DNA of 64,000 bases from Candidatus Omnitrophota bacterium (GTDB lineage Bacteria > Omnitrophota > Gorgyraeia > Duberdicusellales > 4484-171). The stretch spans positions 192,001 through 256,000 of the forward strand of contig JAIPGM010000003.1 of NCBI GenBank assembly GCA_021735655.1, in the 5' to 3' direction. Below, in pieces: positions 47,285-55,973 of this stretch. A program made the translations under genes and the position numbers. The notes beneath the pieces were generated by a model, which made no database searches, was not told the DNA's origin, and saw only the letters and a program-made list of their open reading frames with translations. Within the stretch, counting starts at the first letter, position 1. Each line of letters starts with the position of its first letter.

Positions 47285-47832
47285 AAAATAGCAATATTCT
47301 GATTGGTGTTTGCGGAGGGATATCATCTTATAAAACCTGTGAGCTGGTACGCCTTTTCATTAAGGGTGGTTTTTCAGTTAAGGTAATGATGACTAATTCG
47401 GCAACTAAATTTGTTACTCCATTGGTTTTTCAGGAGCTTTCCAGAAACTCGGTTTATATTGATATGTTTAATTTAACTAAAGAGGAGAATGTTAAACATA
47501 TAAGTCTTGCCCAATGGGCTGATATTTGTGTAGTTGCACCACTCTCAGCTAATACCCTTTCTAAAGTAGCTTGCGGTATTTGCGATAATCTTTTGACTAC
47601 GGTTATTTGCGCCTTACCTAAAGATGTAAAAGTTTTGCTGGCTCCGGCAATGAATGAATTTATGTGGAAGAATCCAATTATTCAGGATAACGTTGCCAAG
47701 CTTAAAGGTCTAAAAAAGTACATAGCTCTTGAGTCGGAGAGAGGCGAACTTGCCTGTGGCGCTTACGGAGAAGGCCGAATGCCTGAAGTGGTTGAAATCT
47801 ACAAGAAAACAAAATCTCTCCTTAGGAAATAG
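47269..47832 (+). CDS. coaC: phosphopantothenoylcysteine decarboxylase (stand-alone CoaC flavoprotein)
   Basis: ILIGVCGGISSYKTCELVR flavoprotein motif and the PAMN...M region. Confidence 0.75.
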   Translation: MEKGLKNSNILIGVCGGISSYKTCELVRLFIKGGFSVKVMMTNSATKFVTPLVFQELSRNSVYIDMFNLTKEENVKHISLAQWADICVVAPLSANTLSKVACGICDNLLTTVICALPKDVKVLLAPAMNEFMWKNPIIQDNVAKLKGLKKYIALESERGELACGAYGEGRMPEVVEIYKKTKSLLRK

Positions 47833-47839
47833 TTTGACG

Positions 47840-48856
47840 ATGTCAATTTACCTTCTTTTTACTATACTTGCCGTACTTGTAATAATTCTGATTATCCTTA
47901 TTTTTAAATTAGGTAAGGACAAGGAAGATATTCTTCTTCATGGCAAGTTAGACTCTTTGCGAGAGGAGCTTACTAAAAATATTATCCAGACCCAGGACAA
48001 TGCTCTTAGTTCTCATCGGGCGGTATCCGAAGAATTAACCAAGCTTTATGAAAAAATCGGCGGCTTAGACCGAGAGAGTCGAGAAATTCTTCAACTCACC
48101 AAGTCTTTTCATGATATCCTAAAGCCGACTAAAAGCCGTGGAGAATTGGGTGAAAGTATTTTAGAGAACTTGCTTCGCGACATTTTGCCTGGTGAGGTAG
48201 TGGTTGCTCAATATGGATTTAAAGACGGAAAGAAGGTTGATTTTGTAATTAAACTTCCTTCAAATCTTGTACCGATTGATGCTAAATTTTCGCTTGAGGC
48301 TTTTAAGAATTATCTAGATGCCGAAGAAGCTGATAAAAAGCGCCAGCGTAAGTCTTGTATCGATAGTATAAAAAAACGAATCAGCGAAACAGCAGGTTAT
48401 ATCTATCCTGACGAAGGAACAACTGACTTTGCTTTAATGTACGTACCTTCAGAGGCAGTTTATTATTTTATTGTTACCGAAACCCAACTTTTAGAGTTTG
48501 CTCATCAGAAGAAGGTGTTTGTGGTTGGTCCGAATACGCTTTATGCGTACCTAAAGACTATTTTTATTGGTTTTCAGGCAATGAAGATAGAAAAAAGAGC
48601 AAAGCAGATTTATGATAGTTTAAAGCGTTTAGATAAAGATGTTTCGAATTTTATAAGGGAGTACAACATTTTAGGGACGCATATCCGCAGCGCTTCCTTA
48701 AAATATGATGATGTAGCAAAGAAGGCAGAGAATATTTCTTCAAAGTTAAGTTTAATTGGGAGTGATTCTGATGAGAATAAAAGTGAGAGTGATTCCAAAA
48801 GCCAAGAAGACCAGGATCACCCAAGACAAAGAAGTCCTGAAAGTGTATCTCAATGA
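47840..48856 (+). CDS. rmuC: DNA recombination protein RmuC. The start is taken at the ATG at 47840; the track ORF begins upstream inside coaC.
   Basis: An N-terminal TM helix (LLFTILAVLVIILIILIF), a coiled-coil region and the conserved RmuC C-domain (FVVGPNTLYAYLKTI). Confidence 0.75.
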   Translation: MSIYLLFTILAVLVIILIILIFKLGKDKEDILLHGKLDSLREELTKNIIQTQDNALSSHRAVSEELTKLYEKIGGLDRESREILQLTKSFHDILKPTKSRGELGESILENLLRDILPGEVVVAQYGFKDGKKVDFVIKLPSNLVPIDAKFSLEAFKNYLDAEEADKKRQRKSCIDSIKKRISETAGYIYPDEGTTDFALMYVPSEAVYYFIVTETQLLEFAHQKKVFVVGPNTLYAYLKTIFIGFQAMKIEKRAKQIYDSLKRLDKDVSNFIREYNILGTHIRSASLKYDDVAKKAENISSKLSLIGSDSDENKSESDSKSQEDQDHPRQRSPESVSQ

Positions 48857-48989
48857 GCCGGCAATTGAAGGCAGGGCTAATAAAAAGTTGTTTGAACTTT
48901 TGGCTGAACATTTTCAAGTAAAGAAATATCAAATTTCTATAGTGAAGGGTCAGAAGCAAAGAGATAAGATAGTTGAGATTAATTTTTAA
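48771..48989 (+). CDS. DUF167/YggU-family small protein. The ATG at 48771 is the likely start; the track ORF starts at a TTG at 48756.
   Basis: MRIKVRVIPKAKKTRI...LKVYLNEPAIEGRANKKL matches the YggU (UPF0235) pattern. Confidence 0.6.
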   Translation: MRIKVRVIPKAKKTRITQDKEVLKVYLNEPAIEGRANKKLFELLAEHFQVKKYQISIVKGQKQRDKIVEINF

Positions 48990-48995
48990 AAAAGG

Positions 48996-49652
48996 TTGGC
49001 GATGAGGAAGAGTTTTACTTTAATCGAGTTGATTGTAGTCATTGCGATTATCGCAATTCTAGCAGCAATCATCGCCCCTAATGCTTTTAGAGCAATCCAA
49101 AAAGCCAAGGCGTCTAGAATAATAGCTGACTTCACTGCTATTAAGAGTGCAAGCATGAGCTTTTATGCTGATACCGGTAGTTGGCCGGTAAATATTGAAC
49201 CTAGGCCAGATCCCGGAGGTACTAATTCTTGGACTTGGATAAAAAGTGGCCAGCATCCTCTTATGGATAATCTTAATAATTGGATTGGTTGGGACGGACC
49301 TTATCTAGAAAGCTCTTTAGCTTCGCCTTCTCCGCCTACTGGTGTTCCGGGCTGCACAAGCCCCGGATACTATTATACCCAATGGTGGGGCAGCGGTTGG
49401 CATGCGGGAGGTTATGGCAAATTTGATTTGGATAAAAATCCAAGTACCGGCGGAGCTTGTTATATAGCTGCTACTGGCTGTGAAGTTAATAGCGCTTGGA
49501 GTATAAATATTTTTCCTATACCTGCGGACGTGATGAAAAGTATCAACCTGGCTTTAGATGGTGACGATTCTTTTGATGATATGCTCGGGCGAGTGCAGGT
49601 TTATAGCGGTTGCGATGGTTTAGTAAGTTTTTACGTTTCTCATCCGATATAG
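48996..49652 (+). CDS. prepilin-type N-terminal cleavage/methylation domain protein, a putative major pilin or pseudopilin and paralog of 13881..14501. The likely start is the ATG at 49002 (MRKS|FTLIEL).
   Basis: Class III signal MRKS|FTLIELIVVIAIIAILAAIIAPNAFRAIQKAKA with Glu+5, and a C-terminal GWDGPYLES motif shared with the 13881 protein. Confidence 0.8.
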   Translation: MAMRKSFTLIELIVVIAIIAILAAIIAPNAFRAIQKAKASRIIADFTAIKSASMSFYADTGSWPVNIEPRPDPGGTNSWTWIKSGQHPLMDNLNNWIGWDGPYLESSLASPSPPTGVPGCTSPGYYYTQWWGSGWHAGGYGKFDLDKNPSTGGACYIAATGCEVNSAWSINIFPIPADVMKSINLALDGDDSFDDMLGRVQVYSGCDGLVSFYVSHPI

Positions 49653-49667
49653 AACATACATTTAGAC

Positions 49668-50327
49668 GTGCGATTGGTTAATAAAGAGTACTGTTTTCTT
49701 ATTAAGGATGTTTTCTCATCTTTATCTTTGGTCGGATTTACTAAAAACAGTCTAGTTGGCAATCTTCCTCAAGATATCCAGACAGCCCTTTCTTTTTCTG
49801 ATCAACAGTTCAAAGTAGCCTATCTAAACCAGATCCATTCGGAAAAAGTCTTATCAGTTGACCAGGCTGGCTGCTACGAAGGTGATGGCTTGTTTACTAA
49901 AAATTCTGGTTTAGTTCTAGTTGTTAAAACTGCTGATTGCTTACCGCTTCTTTTCGAGAGTAAGGAGCTGGGGGTAATCGGGGCAGTGCATATGGGTTGG
50001 AAATCAGCTAAGGCCGGTATTTTGGATAATCTACCTTATGAATTGAGTTCTTTTAAAGTAGTTGCTGGTGTGGGTTTAAGAAAATCTTGTTATGAGGTCG
50101 GGGATGATTTTCTCAATCATCAGCCGTTTAAGCCTTTTATCGAAAAGACAGACGCTAGGTTCTATTTTAACCCGGTAGAGTTTGCTAGGAGTGAACTTAT
50201 TGCCAGGGGTTTAAAAGAAGACAATTTCATTGATTTAGATATTTGTAGCTTATGCAGTAAGAGCAATTTTTCTTCTTGTCGTCGCGGCGATACCTCATCA
50301 AGAACTTTATCTTTTATTTTAAGATAA
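49668..50327 (+). CDS. pgeF: peptidoglycan editing factor PgeF / YfiH (DUF152 laccase-domain purine nucleoside phosphorylase)
   Basis: NQIHSEKV, TADCLPLLF and AVHMGWKSAKAG are the three His/Cys metal-site motifs of YfiH. Confidence 0.8.
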   Translation: MRLVNKEYCFLIKDVFSSLSLVGFTKNSLVGNLPQDIQTALSFSDQQFKVAYLNQIHSEKVLSVDQAGCYEGDGLFTKNSGLVLVVKTADCLPLLFESKELGVIGAVHMGWKSAKAGILDNLPYELSSFKVVAGVGLRKSCYEVGDDFLNHQPFKPFIEKTDARFYFNPVEFARSELIARGLKEDNFIDLDICSLCSKSNFSSCRRGDTSSRTLSFILR

Positions 50328-50337
50328 TGACTAAAAA

Positions 50338-50366
50338 TTGTTATTACATTTATAAGATTATATGAT
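50338..50366 (+). promoter_or_regulatory. candidate sigma-70 promoter for the gcv operon: TTGTTA, 17 nt, TATGAT
   Basis: TTGTTA at 50338-50343 and TATGAT at 50361-50366. The ATG is at 50411. Confidence 0.4.
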
Positions 50367-50410
50367 AAAATTATAAACCAATCTTAACTAAATTTATTTA
50401 GAAGGTTAAT

Positions 50411-51520
50411 ATGGATCAAAAGAAGACACCACTTTACGAACAGCACATAAAACAAAATGGCCGAATGGTTAATTTTTCCGGTTGGGTTCTGCCTTTGGAA
50501 TATAGAAGTAGTCTTGAAGAGGCAAAGGCTGTCCGAAGCAGCTGTGGTATTTTCGATGCTTCACATATGGGCGAAATAGAGGTGACCGGAAAAGACGCCT
50601 TAGCGTTTTTGCAAAAACTTTTGAGCAACGACCTTTCTTTACTTAAGACCCAACAGATGCAGTACAATCTTATTCTTAATTCAGCCGGAGGTGTGGTTGA
50701 TGACTGTATGGTTTATTGTTTAGAGAATAAATTTCTCTGCGTAGTGAATGCTTCCAATAAAGATAAGGTTTTTAGCTGGTTTAATAAAAATAAGCAAGGC
50801 AATGTTGAAATCAAGGATAAAAGTGAGGAGTTAGCTCTAATTTCTCTCCAGGGACCGAAAGCCGTTGGAGTGATTGCGGAAGTTATTGGTATTAAGCCTG
50901 TTGAGTTAAATTATATGTCTTTCTTAGAAGCTGCAATCGATAACAAGTCTTTTTTAATTTCTCGTAGCGGTTATACCGGTGAAGATGGTTTCGAGCTTTA
51001 TGTTCCTTCTGGTGATGCTGAATTTTGGTGGAATAAACTTTTAGCGGCTGGTGAGGTTTTCGGAATTACGGTTTGTGGGCTAGGGTCTCGTGATATTTTA
51101 AGAATTGAGGCTGGTTACCCTTTGTATGGTCATGAGCTTGATGATATTATTAATCCTTATGAAGCGACTTTGGCTTGGGCCCTAAAGCTTAATAAAGATT
51201 TGATTGCTAAAGAAGAATTAATGCATATTCAGCAGGAGGGTTTAAAAAGAAAGAGAGTCGGTCTAGTTATGCAGGAACGGGCTGTTCCGCGTCAGGGTTA
51301 TTCGGTATACTTTAAAGATAAAGTTGTTGGAGAAGTTACTAGCGGTACTTATTCTCCTAATCTGGAACAGTTTATTGCTATGGCTTATTTAGATAAACAG
51401 TACACAGAAGTTGATTCAGAGGTTAAAATAAAGATTCGTGATAAGTTTTATCAAGCAAAAGTGGTAAAGTTTCCTTTTATAAGACCAAAAACAAAAAAGT
51501 TAGCAAGTAAGGGGGCTTAA
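50411..51520 (+). CDS. gcvT: glycine cleavage system aminomethyltransferase T
   Basis: TPLYEQH, the GWVLPLEY N-terminal motifs and the folate-binding fold. Confidence 0.9.
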   Translation: MDQKKTPLYEQHIKQNGRMVNFSGWVLPLEYRSSLEEAKAVRSSCGIFDASHMGEIEVTGKDALAFLQKLLSNDLSLLKTQQMQYNLILNSAGGVVDDCMVYCLENKFLCVVNASNKDKVFSWFNKNKQGNVEIKDKSEELALISLQGPKAVGVIAEVIGIKPVELNYMSFLEAAIDNKSFLISRSGYTGEDGFELYVPSGDAEFWWNKLLAAGEVFGITVCGLGSRDILRIEAGYPLYGHELDDIINPYEATLAWALKLNKDLIAKEELMHIQQEGLKRKRVGLVMQERAVPRQGYSVYFKDKVVGEVTSGTYSPNLEQFIAMAYLDKQYTEVDSEVKIKIRDKFYQAKVVKFPFIRPKTKKLASKGA

Positions 51521-51521
51521 A

Positions 51522-51902
51522 ATGTCAGAGTTTAAATTCACTAAATCTCATGAATGGGTGAAAGTAGAGCCAGATTCAGCAACTATCGGGATAACTGATT
51601 ATGCTCAATCTCAGCTAGGTGATGTTGTATTTGTCGAACTGCCTAAACCTGGAGGCGCAATTCAACAGACTAAGCAGTTTGGTACCATTGAATCAACCAA
51701 GGCTGCCAGCGAGCTTTATGCTCCGATCGATGGAGAGATCGTTGAAGCTAATAACAATGTAGTTTCGAATCCTCAACTAGTTAATCAGTCAGCTCAAGAT
51801 TTTGGCTGGTTACTTAAGGTAAAGATTTCTGATTTTTCTCAGCTTGATAGCTTGATGGATGAAGTAGCTTATCAAGAGTTTGTAGCTAAAGAAAGTAAAT
51901 AA
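51522..51902 (+). CDS. gcvH: glycine cleavage system H protein (lipoyl carrier)
   Basis: ESTKAASELYAPIDGEI contains the lipoyl-lysine motif. Length is 126 aa. Confidence 0.9.
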   Translation: MSEFKFTKSHEWVKVEPDSATIGITDYAQSQLGDVVFVELPKPGGAIQQTKQFGTIESTKAASELYAPIDGEIVEANNNVVSNPQLVNQSAQDFGWLLKVKISDFSQLDSLMDEVAYQEFVAKESK

Positions 51903-51917
51903 GCAGAAACTAATCAT

Positions 51918-53264
51918 ATGCCTTACATTTTAAATACCTACAAAGAAACTGAAGAGATGCTACGGGCAATTGGAGTAAGTTCGATTGAAGATCTTTACAG
52001 CCAAATACCTAAAGATTTAAGGCTCAAAGCAGCACTTAACATACCTAGTGGTTTGAGTGAGTTAGATACTAAAAGAACCGTTAAGGGGCTTGCTGAAAAA
52101 AATATTCCGATTGATGAGTTTAATTCATTTCTCGGTGCCGGATGCTATGATCATTACATACCGGCGGCTTTAGAGTTTATAGTTTCTCAATCTCAACTGC
52201 TTACCGCTTATACCCCTTATCAAGCTGAGTGCTCGCAAGGTATTTTGCAGGCAATTTATGAGTACCAAAGTTATATCTGTCTTTTAACTGGCATGGATGC
52301 TTCTAACGCTTCTTTGCTTGATGGGGCTTCGAGCTTAGCTGAGGCAGTCCTGATGTCTTTGAGAGTAACTAAACGCAATAAGATTGTTGTACCTTCTAAT
52401 CTTCATCCCGAATATCGTAAAACTCTCGAAACCTATTTAAGTGGTTTTGATTTTGTGGTTAAAGACCTAGAATTAGGAGATGATGGATTAGTAAATTTAG
52501 AGGGAGCTAAAGCGGTAATTGATCAAGATACAGCCTGTTGCATTATTCAGAGCCCTAACTTTTTTGGTTTGATTGAGAAGGTAGAGGATTTGGCAGCTTT
52601 AGCTAAAGAAAACGGGGCGATGACGATTATGGTGACCAACCCTTTATCGTTAGCAATATTTAAGGAGCCATCCAATTTAGGTGTTGATATTATTTGTGGT
52701 GATGGCCAACCTCTTGGGGGAAGCCTTAATTTCGGCGGGCCTTCATTTGGATTCTTAGCCACTAAGAATGAATATATTCGTCAGTTACCCGGACGGATTG
52801 TTGGAAAAACTAAAGATGCCCAGGGTGAGTGCGCATATTGTTTAACTTTGCAAACTCGCGAGCAGCACATCCGTCGCGAAAAAGCAACTAGCAATATTTG
52901 TTCTAATCAATCTTTGAATGCAATAGCTGCGGCAGTTTATCTTTCACTTGTCGGTCGAGATGGTCTCTATGATACTGCTCTTTATTCTTTTAGTAATACT
53001 CAATATCTTTATAAGCGCCTTAAGGAAGTAAGGGGAATTAATATTCCTTATTCGCAATCAGTGTTTAATGAGTTTGTTTGGGAAGTGGATAATTCAGAAA
53101 TTATATTAGCTAAACTTTATCATAAAGGAGTAATCGCCGGTTACCAAATTGGCAAGATATTTCCTCAACATAAAGACCGAATTTTAAGTTGCTGTACTGA
53201 AAAAAAGACCAAGGATGATATAGATCAATTTATTTATTTTTTAGCCGAGATACTGCATGGATAG
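51918..53264 (+). CDS. gcvPA: glycine dehydrogenase (decarboxylating) subunit 1
   Basis: GcvPA N-terminal subunit family, 448 aa, in a gcvT-H-PA-PB order. Confidence 0.88.
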   Translation: MPYILNTYKETEEMLRAIGVSSIEDLYSQIPKDLRLKAALNIPSGLSELDTKRTVKGLAEKNIPIDEFNSFLGAGCYDHYIPAALEFIVSQSQLLTAYTPYQAECSQGILQAIYEYQSYICLLTGMDASNASLLDGASSLAEAVLMSLRVTKRNKIVVPSNLHPEYRKTLETYLSGFDFVVKDLELGDDGLVNLEGAKAVIDQDTACCIIQSPNFFGLIEKVEDLAALAKENGAMTIMVTNPLSLAIFKEPSNLGVDIICGDGQPLGGSLNFGGPSFGFLATKNEYIRQLPGRIVGKTKDAQGECAYCLTLQTREQHIRREKATSNICSNQSLNAIAAAVYLSLVGRDGLYDTALYSFSNTQYLYKRLKEVRGINIPYSQSVFNEFVWEVDNSEIILAKLYHKGVIAGYQIGKIFPQHKDRILSCCTEKKTKDDIDQFIYFLAEILHG

Positions 53265-54708
53265 AAAATTAATATTTCAAAAAAATAGCGAGTTAAAATC
53301 AAGTGGTTATGTTGGGAAACCGAGTGTTTCCTTAATTGATCCTAGGGATGTTTTTCCTGATCAGTTTTTGCGTAGCGAGTTGCCCCTGCCTCAATTAGGT
53401 GAGCTTGAAGTAATTCGGCACTATAGTCAGTTAGCCGAGCTTAACTTTTCAGTCGATACCCATTTTTATCCTCTTGGTTCTTGTACTATGAAATATAATC
53501 CGAAGCTTAATGAGTCTTTGGCCAACCTAGAGGCTTTTAAAGGAATCCATCCTTATCAGGATCCAGAATCGGTGCAAGGGGCTCTTGAGCTTATCTATAA
53601 TTTGAATATGCTTTTATCTGAAATAACCGGAATGAAACAATTCACCTTTCAGCCCTCAAGCGGTGCTCAAGGTGAGCTTACTGGCTTGTTGATGATTCGT
53701 AAGTTTCATCAAGTTTCTGGAAATAGGAAGACTAAAGTTATTATTCCTGATTCAGCCCATGGCACAAACCCAGCCTCAGCTAGTATGTGCGGCTATGAGA
53801 CAGTGATAATTGAAAGTACTGAGGGAGGATTAATCGATATTGAAAAACTAAGAGCAGCGGTAGATCAGGATACAGCAGCGATAATGCTCACTAATCCTAA
53901 TACTTTGGGTTTGTTTGAAGAACAGATTCTGGAAGTGGCAGCAATAGTTCATCAGGCTGGAGGTTTGCTTTATTATGACGGAGCAAATTTTAACCCGCTT
54001 TTAGGCATTACTAACCCGGCGAAAATGGGTTTTGATGTTATTCATCTTAATTTGCATAAAACCTTTTCTACTCCCCATGGCTGCGGTGGTCCCGGAGCTG
54101 GTGTGGTTGGAGTTGCTAGCAAGTTAGTTGATTTTCTTCCTACACCAGTCGTAGCTAAAAAAGATGACGTTTATTATTTTGACTACTCGCTGGAAAATTC
54201 AATTGGCCGTTTACGTACCTTCTATGGTAATTTTGGCGTTTTAGTTAGAGCCTATAGTTATATTTTACGTTTAGGAAGGGAGGGCTTGTTGCGAGTCGCT
54301 CAAAATTCAGTAATTAATGCAAACTATATAAAGGAGAAGTTAAAGAATCATTATCATTTGGCTTACAATAAACCTTGTATGCATGAGGTAGTTTTTTCAG
54401 CTAAGCTTCAGAAAGAAAAAGGTGCCTCAGCTTTAGATATCGCTAAAAGACTTATTGACTACGGTATCCATCCGCCGACGATATATTTCCCTTTGATTGT
54501 TAAGGAGGCCTTGATGATTGAGCCTACTGAAACTGAGAGTAAAAAGACTCTCGATAAATTTATCCGGGTGATGATTAGCATCGATCGAGAGATAGCTGAG
54601 GAATTATACAAGGTTAAGAATGCTCCTTGTGAGGCACCGATTAAAAGGGCTGATGAGGTTCAGGCAGCACGCTTTCCGGAGGTAAGATGGAAAAAAGATG
54701 GCGCTTAA
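53257..54708 (+). CDS. gcvPB: glycine dehydrogenase (decarboxylating) subunit 2
   Basis: PLP-lysine region HLNLHKTFSTPHGCGGPGAG. Confidence 0.9.
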   Translation: MDRKLIFQKNSELKSSGYVGKPSVSLIDPRDVFPDQFLRSELPLPQLGELEVIRHYSQLAELNFSVDTHFYPLGSCTMKYNPKLNESLANLEAFKGIHPYQDPESVQGALELIYNLNMLLSEITGMKQFTFQPSSGAQGELTGLLMIRKFHQVSGNRKTKVIIPDSAHGTNPASASMCGYETVIIESTEGGLIDIEKLRAAVDQDTAAIMLTNPNTLGLFEEQILEVAAIVHQAGGLLYYDGANFNPLLGITNPAKMGFDVIHLNLHKTFSTPHGCGGPGAGVVGVASKLVDFLPTPVVAKKDDVYYFDYSLENSIGRLRTFYGNFGVLVRAYSYILRLGREGLLRVAQNSVINANYIKEKLKNHYHLAYNKPCMHEVVFSAKLQKEKGASALDIAKRLIDYGIHPPTIYFPLIVKEALMIEPTETESKKTLDKFIRVMISIDREIAEELYKVKNAPCEAPIKRADEVQAARFPEVRWKKDGA

Positions 54709-55454
54709 TCGTCGATAAGAAAAAAGACGGTTATTATAATATGGCTGTTGATGAGGCAATACTGCTTAACTATCAAACTCAGCGGGTTCCGACTTTGCGG
54801 ATTTATGGCTGGAGTGAGCCATTTATTACTTTAGGTTACAGCCAAGAACCTAACGAGGTGTTAGAATTAACCAATAAGTTACCTTTTTTAAAGAGAGTTA
54901 CTGGAGGTTCAGCTATTCTGCATGATCGTGAGCTTACTTATAGTATTACCTGCGTGTTGGAGGATTTAAGTTTGACTAGCTCGGTCAAAGAGTCCTATAA
55001 AACTATTTGTAGTTTTTTGATAAATTTCTACCAAAGTTTAGGAATTTCCGTTAAGTATGCTAAAGATACTGAAGAGACAAGCCTAGATGAGCAGACTCCT
55101 TTTTGTTTTTCCAGTTGGCAGAAATTAGATTTGGTTGCGGCTGATAAGAAAATCGGTGGTAATGCCCAAAGGCGTAAGCGAAACTTAATTTTTCAGCATG
55201 GTAGTATTCCTCAAGAATTGGATTTTTCGATAATTGATAAGGCGATTAAAACTCCTTTTGATGTTAGAAAGAGGGCAACTTCTTTGGAACAGTTGCTTGG
55301 CCATCATACCGACTTTTCTTCTTTGAGCCAATTATTAGCTAAAAGCTTCGAAAATACATTTGGGCTTGAACTTTACCGGGATGTGATTTCACCATCAGAA
55401 GAGCTGACAGTTAGTGATATCCTAAAAAAGAAACAGCAGATTCATCTTTTTTGA
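54687..55454 (+). CDS. octanoyl/lipoyl transferase of the BPL/LplA/LipB family (LipM/LplA-N-like). It probably lipoylates GcvH.
   Basis: KRVTGGSAILHDRELTYS and GGNAQRRKRN match LplA-family catalytic motifs. It lies immediately after gcvPB. Confidence 0.7.
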   Translation: MEKRWRLIVDKKKDGYYNMAVDEAILLNYQTQRVPTLRIYGWSEPFITLGYSQEPNEVLELTNKLPFLKRVTGGSAILHDRELTYSITCVLEDLSLTSSVKESYKTICSFLINFYQSLGISVKYAKDTEETSLDEQTPFCFSSWQKLDLVAADKKIGGNAQRRKRNLIFQHGSIPQELDFSIIDKAIKTPFDVRKRATSLEQLLGHHTDFSSLSQLLAKSFENTFGLELYRDVISPSEELTVSDILKKKQQIHLF

Positions 55455-55506
55455 TTTTATGGCTAATGAAAGCGTTTTCATTGTTTTCATAAAAACTCTT
55501 TATCCA

Positions 55507-55535
55507 TTGAATAATAGATATAAATATGGTATAAA
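55507..55535 (+). promoter_or_regulatory. candidate sigma-70 promoter for the pseudopilin/Cys-rich operon: TTGAAT, 17 nt, TATAAA
   Basis: TTGAAT at 55507-55512 and TATAAA at 55530-55535. A GGGGA RBS and the ATG at 55557 follow. Confidence 0.45.
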
Positions 55536-55556
55536 ATAATTAGATGGGGAACGATA

Positions 55557-55973
55557 ATGGGGAGGCGTTGTAAGAACAAAAATAAATCATTTTCGCTCGT
55601 TGAAATTATCACGGTGATAATCATATTGGGGATTTTAGCGGCAATTGCTTCTCCCTCATATCACAGGATGATTGAGAGAAGCAGGGGCAAACACGCTGAG
55701 TTTAATCTCATGGCTGTTTATAATGCTCAGAAACGACATCGCTTGGCTCAGAAGACCTACTATCAGTGTGTTAGTGCTCCTTGTGGTTCTCAAGAATTAG
55801 AAGATCACTTGGGAGTGTATATAAATGACCCTTATTTTAATTATGGAATAGTAGCTAACACGACTACTTTTACGGCAACAGCTACTAGGATAAATAGTAA
55901 TTTGTGTCTTGGCGCGACTATGAATGTGAGTGACAGTGGAAGTGAACCTATAAAAGGATGTGATCTTTGGTGA
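55557..55973 (+). CDS. minor pilin / pseudopilin (GspH/FimT-like), Ser at -1
   Basis: MGRRCKNKNKS|FSLVEIITVIIILGILAAIASP is a class III signal with Glu+5. Length is 138 aa. Its stop overlaps the next start (GTGA). Confidence 0.75.
   Translation: MGRRCKNKNKSFSLVEIITVIIILGILAAIASPSYHRMIERSRGKHAEFNLMAVYNAQKRHRLAQKTYYQCVSAPCGSQELEDHLGVYINDPYFNYGIVANTTTFTATATRINSNLCLGATMNVSDSGSEPIKGCDLW

Noticed and set aside
50328-50410. Looked for a glycine riboswitch upstream of gcvT
   Set aside because: The leader is only ~83 nt, AT-rich, and lacks the conserved GGAGAG / ACCGAAGG cores. Only a plain TTGTTA-17-TATGAT promoter is visible.
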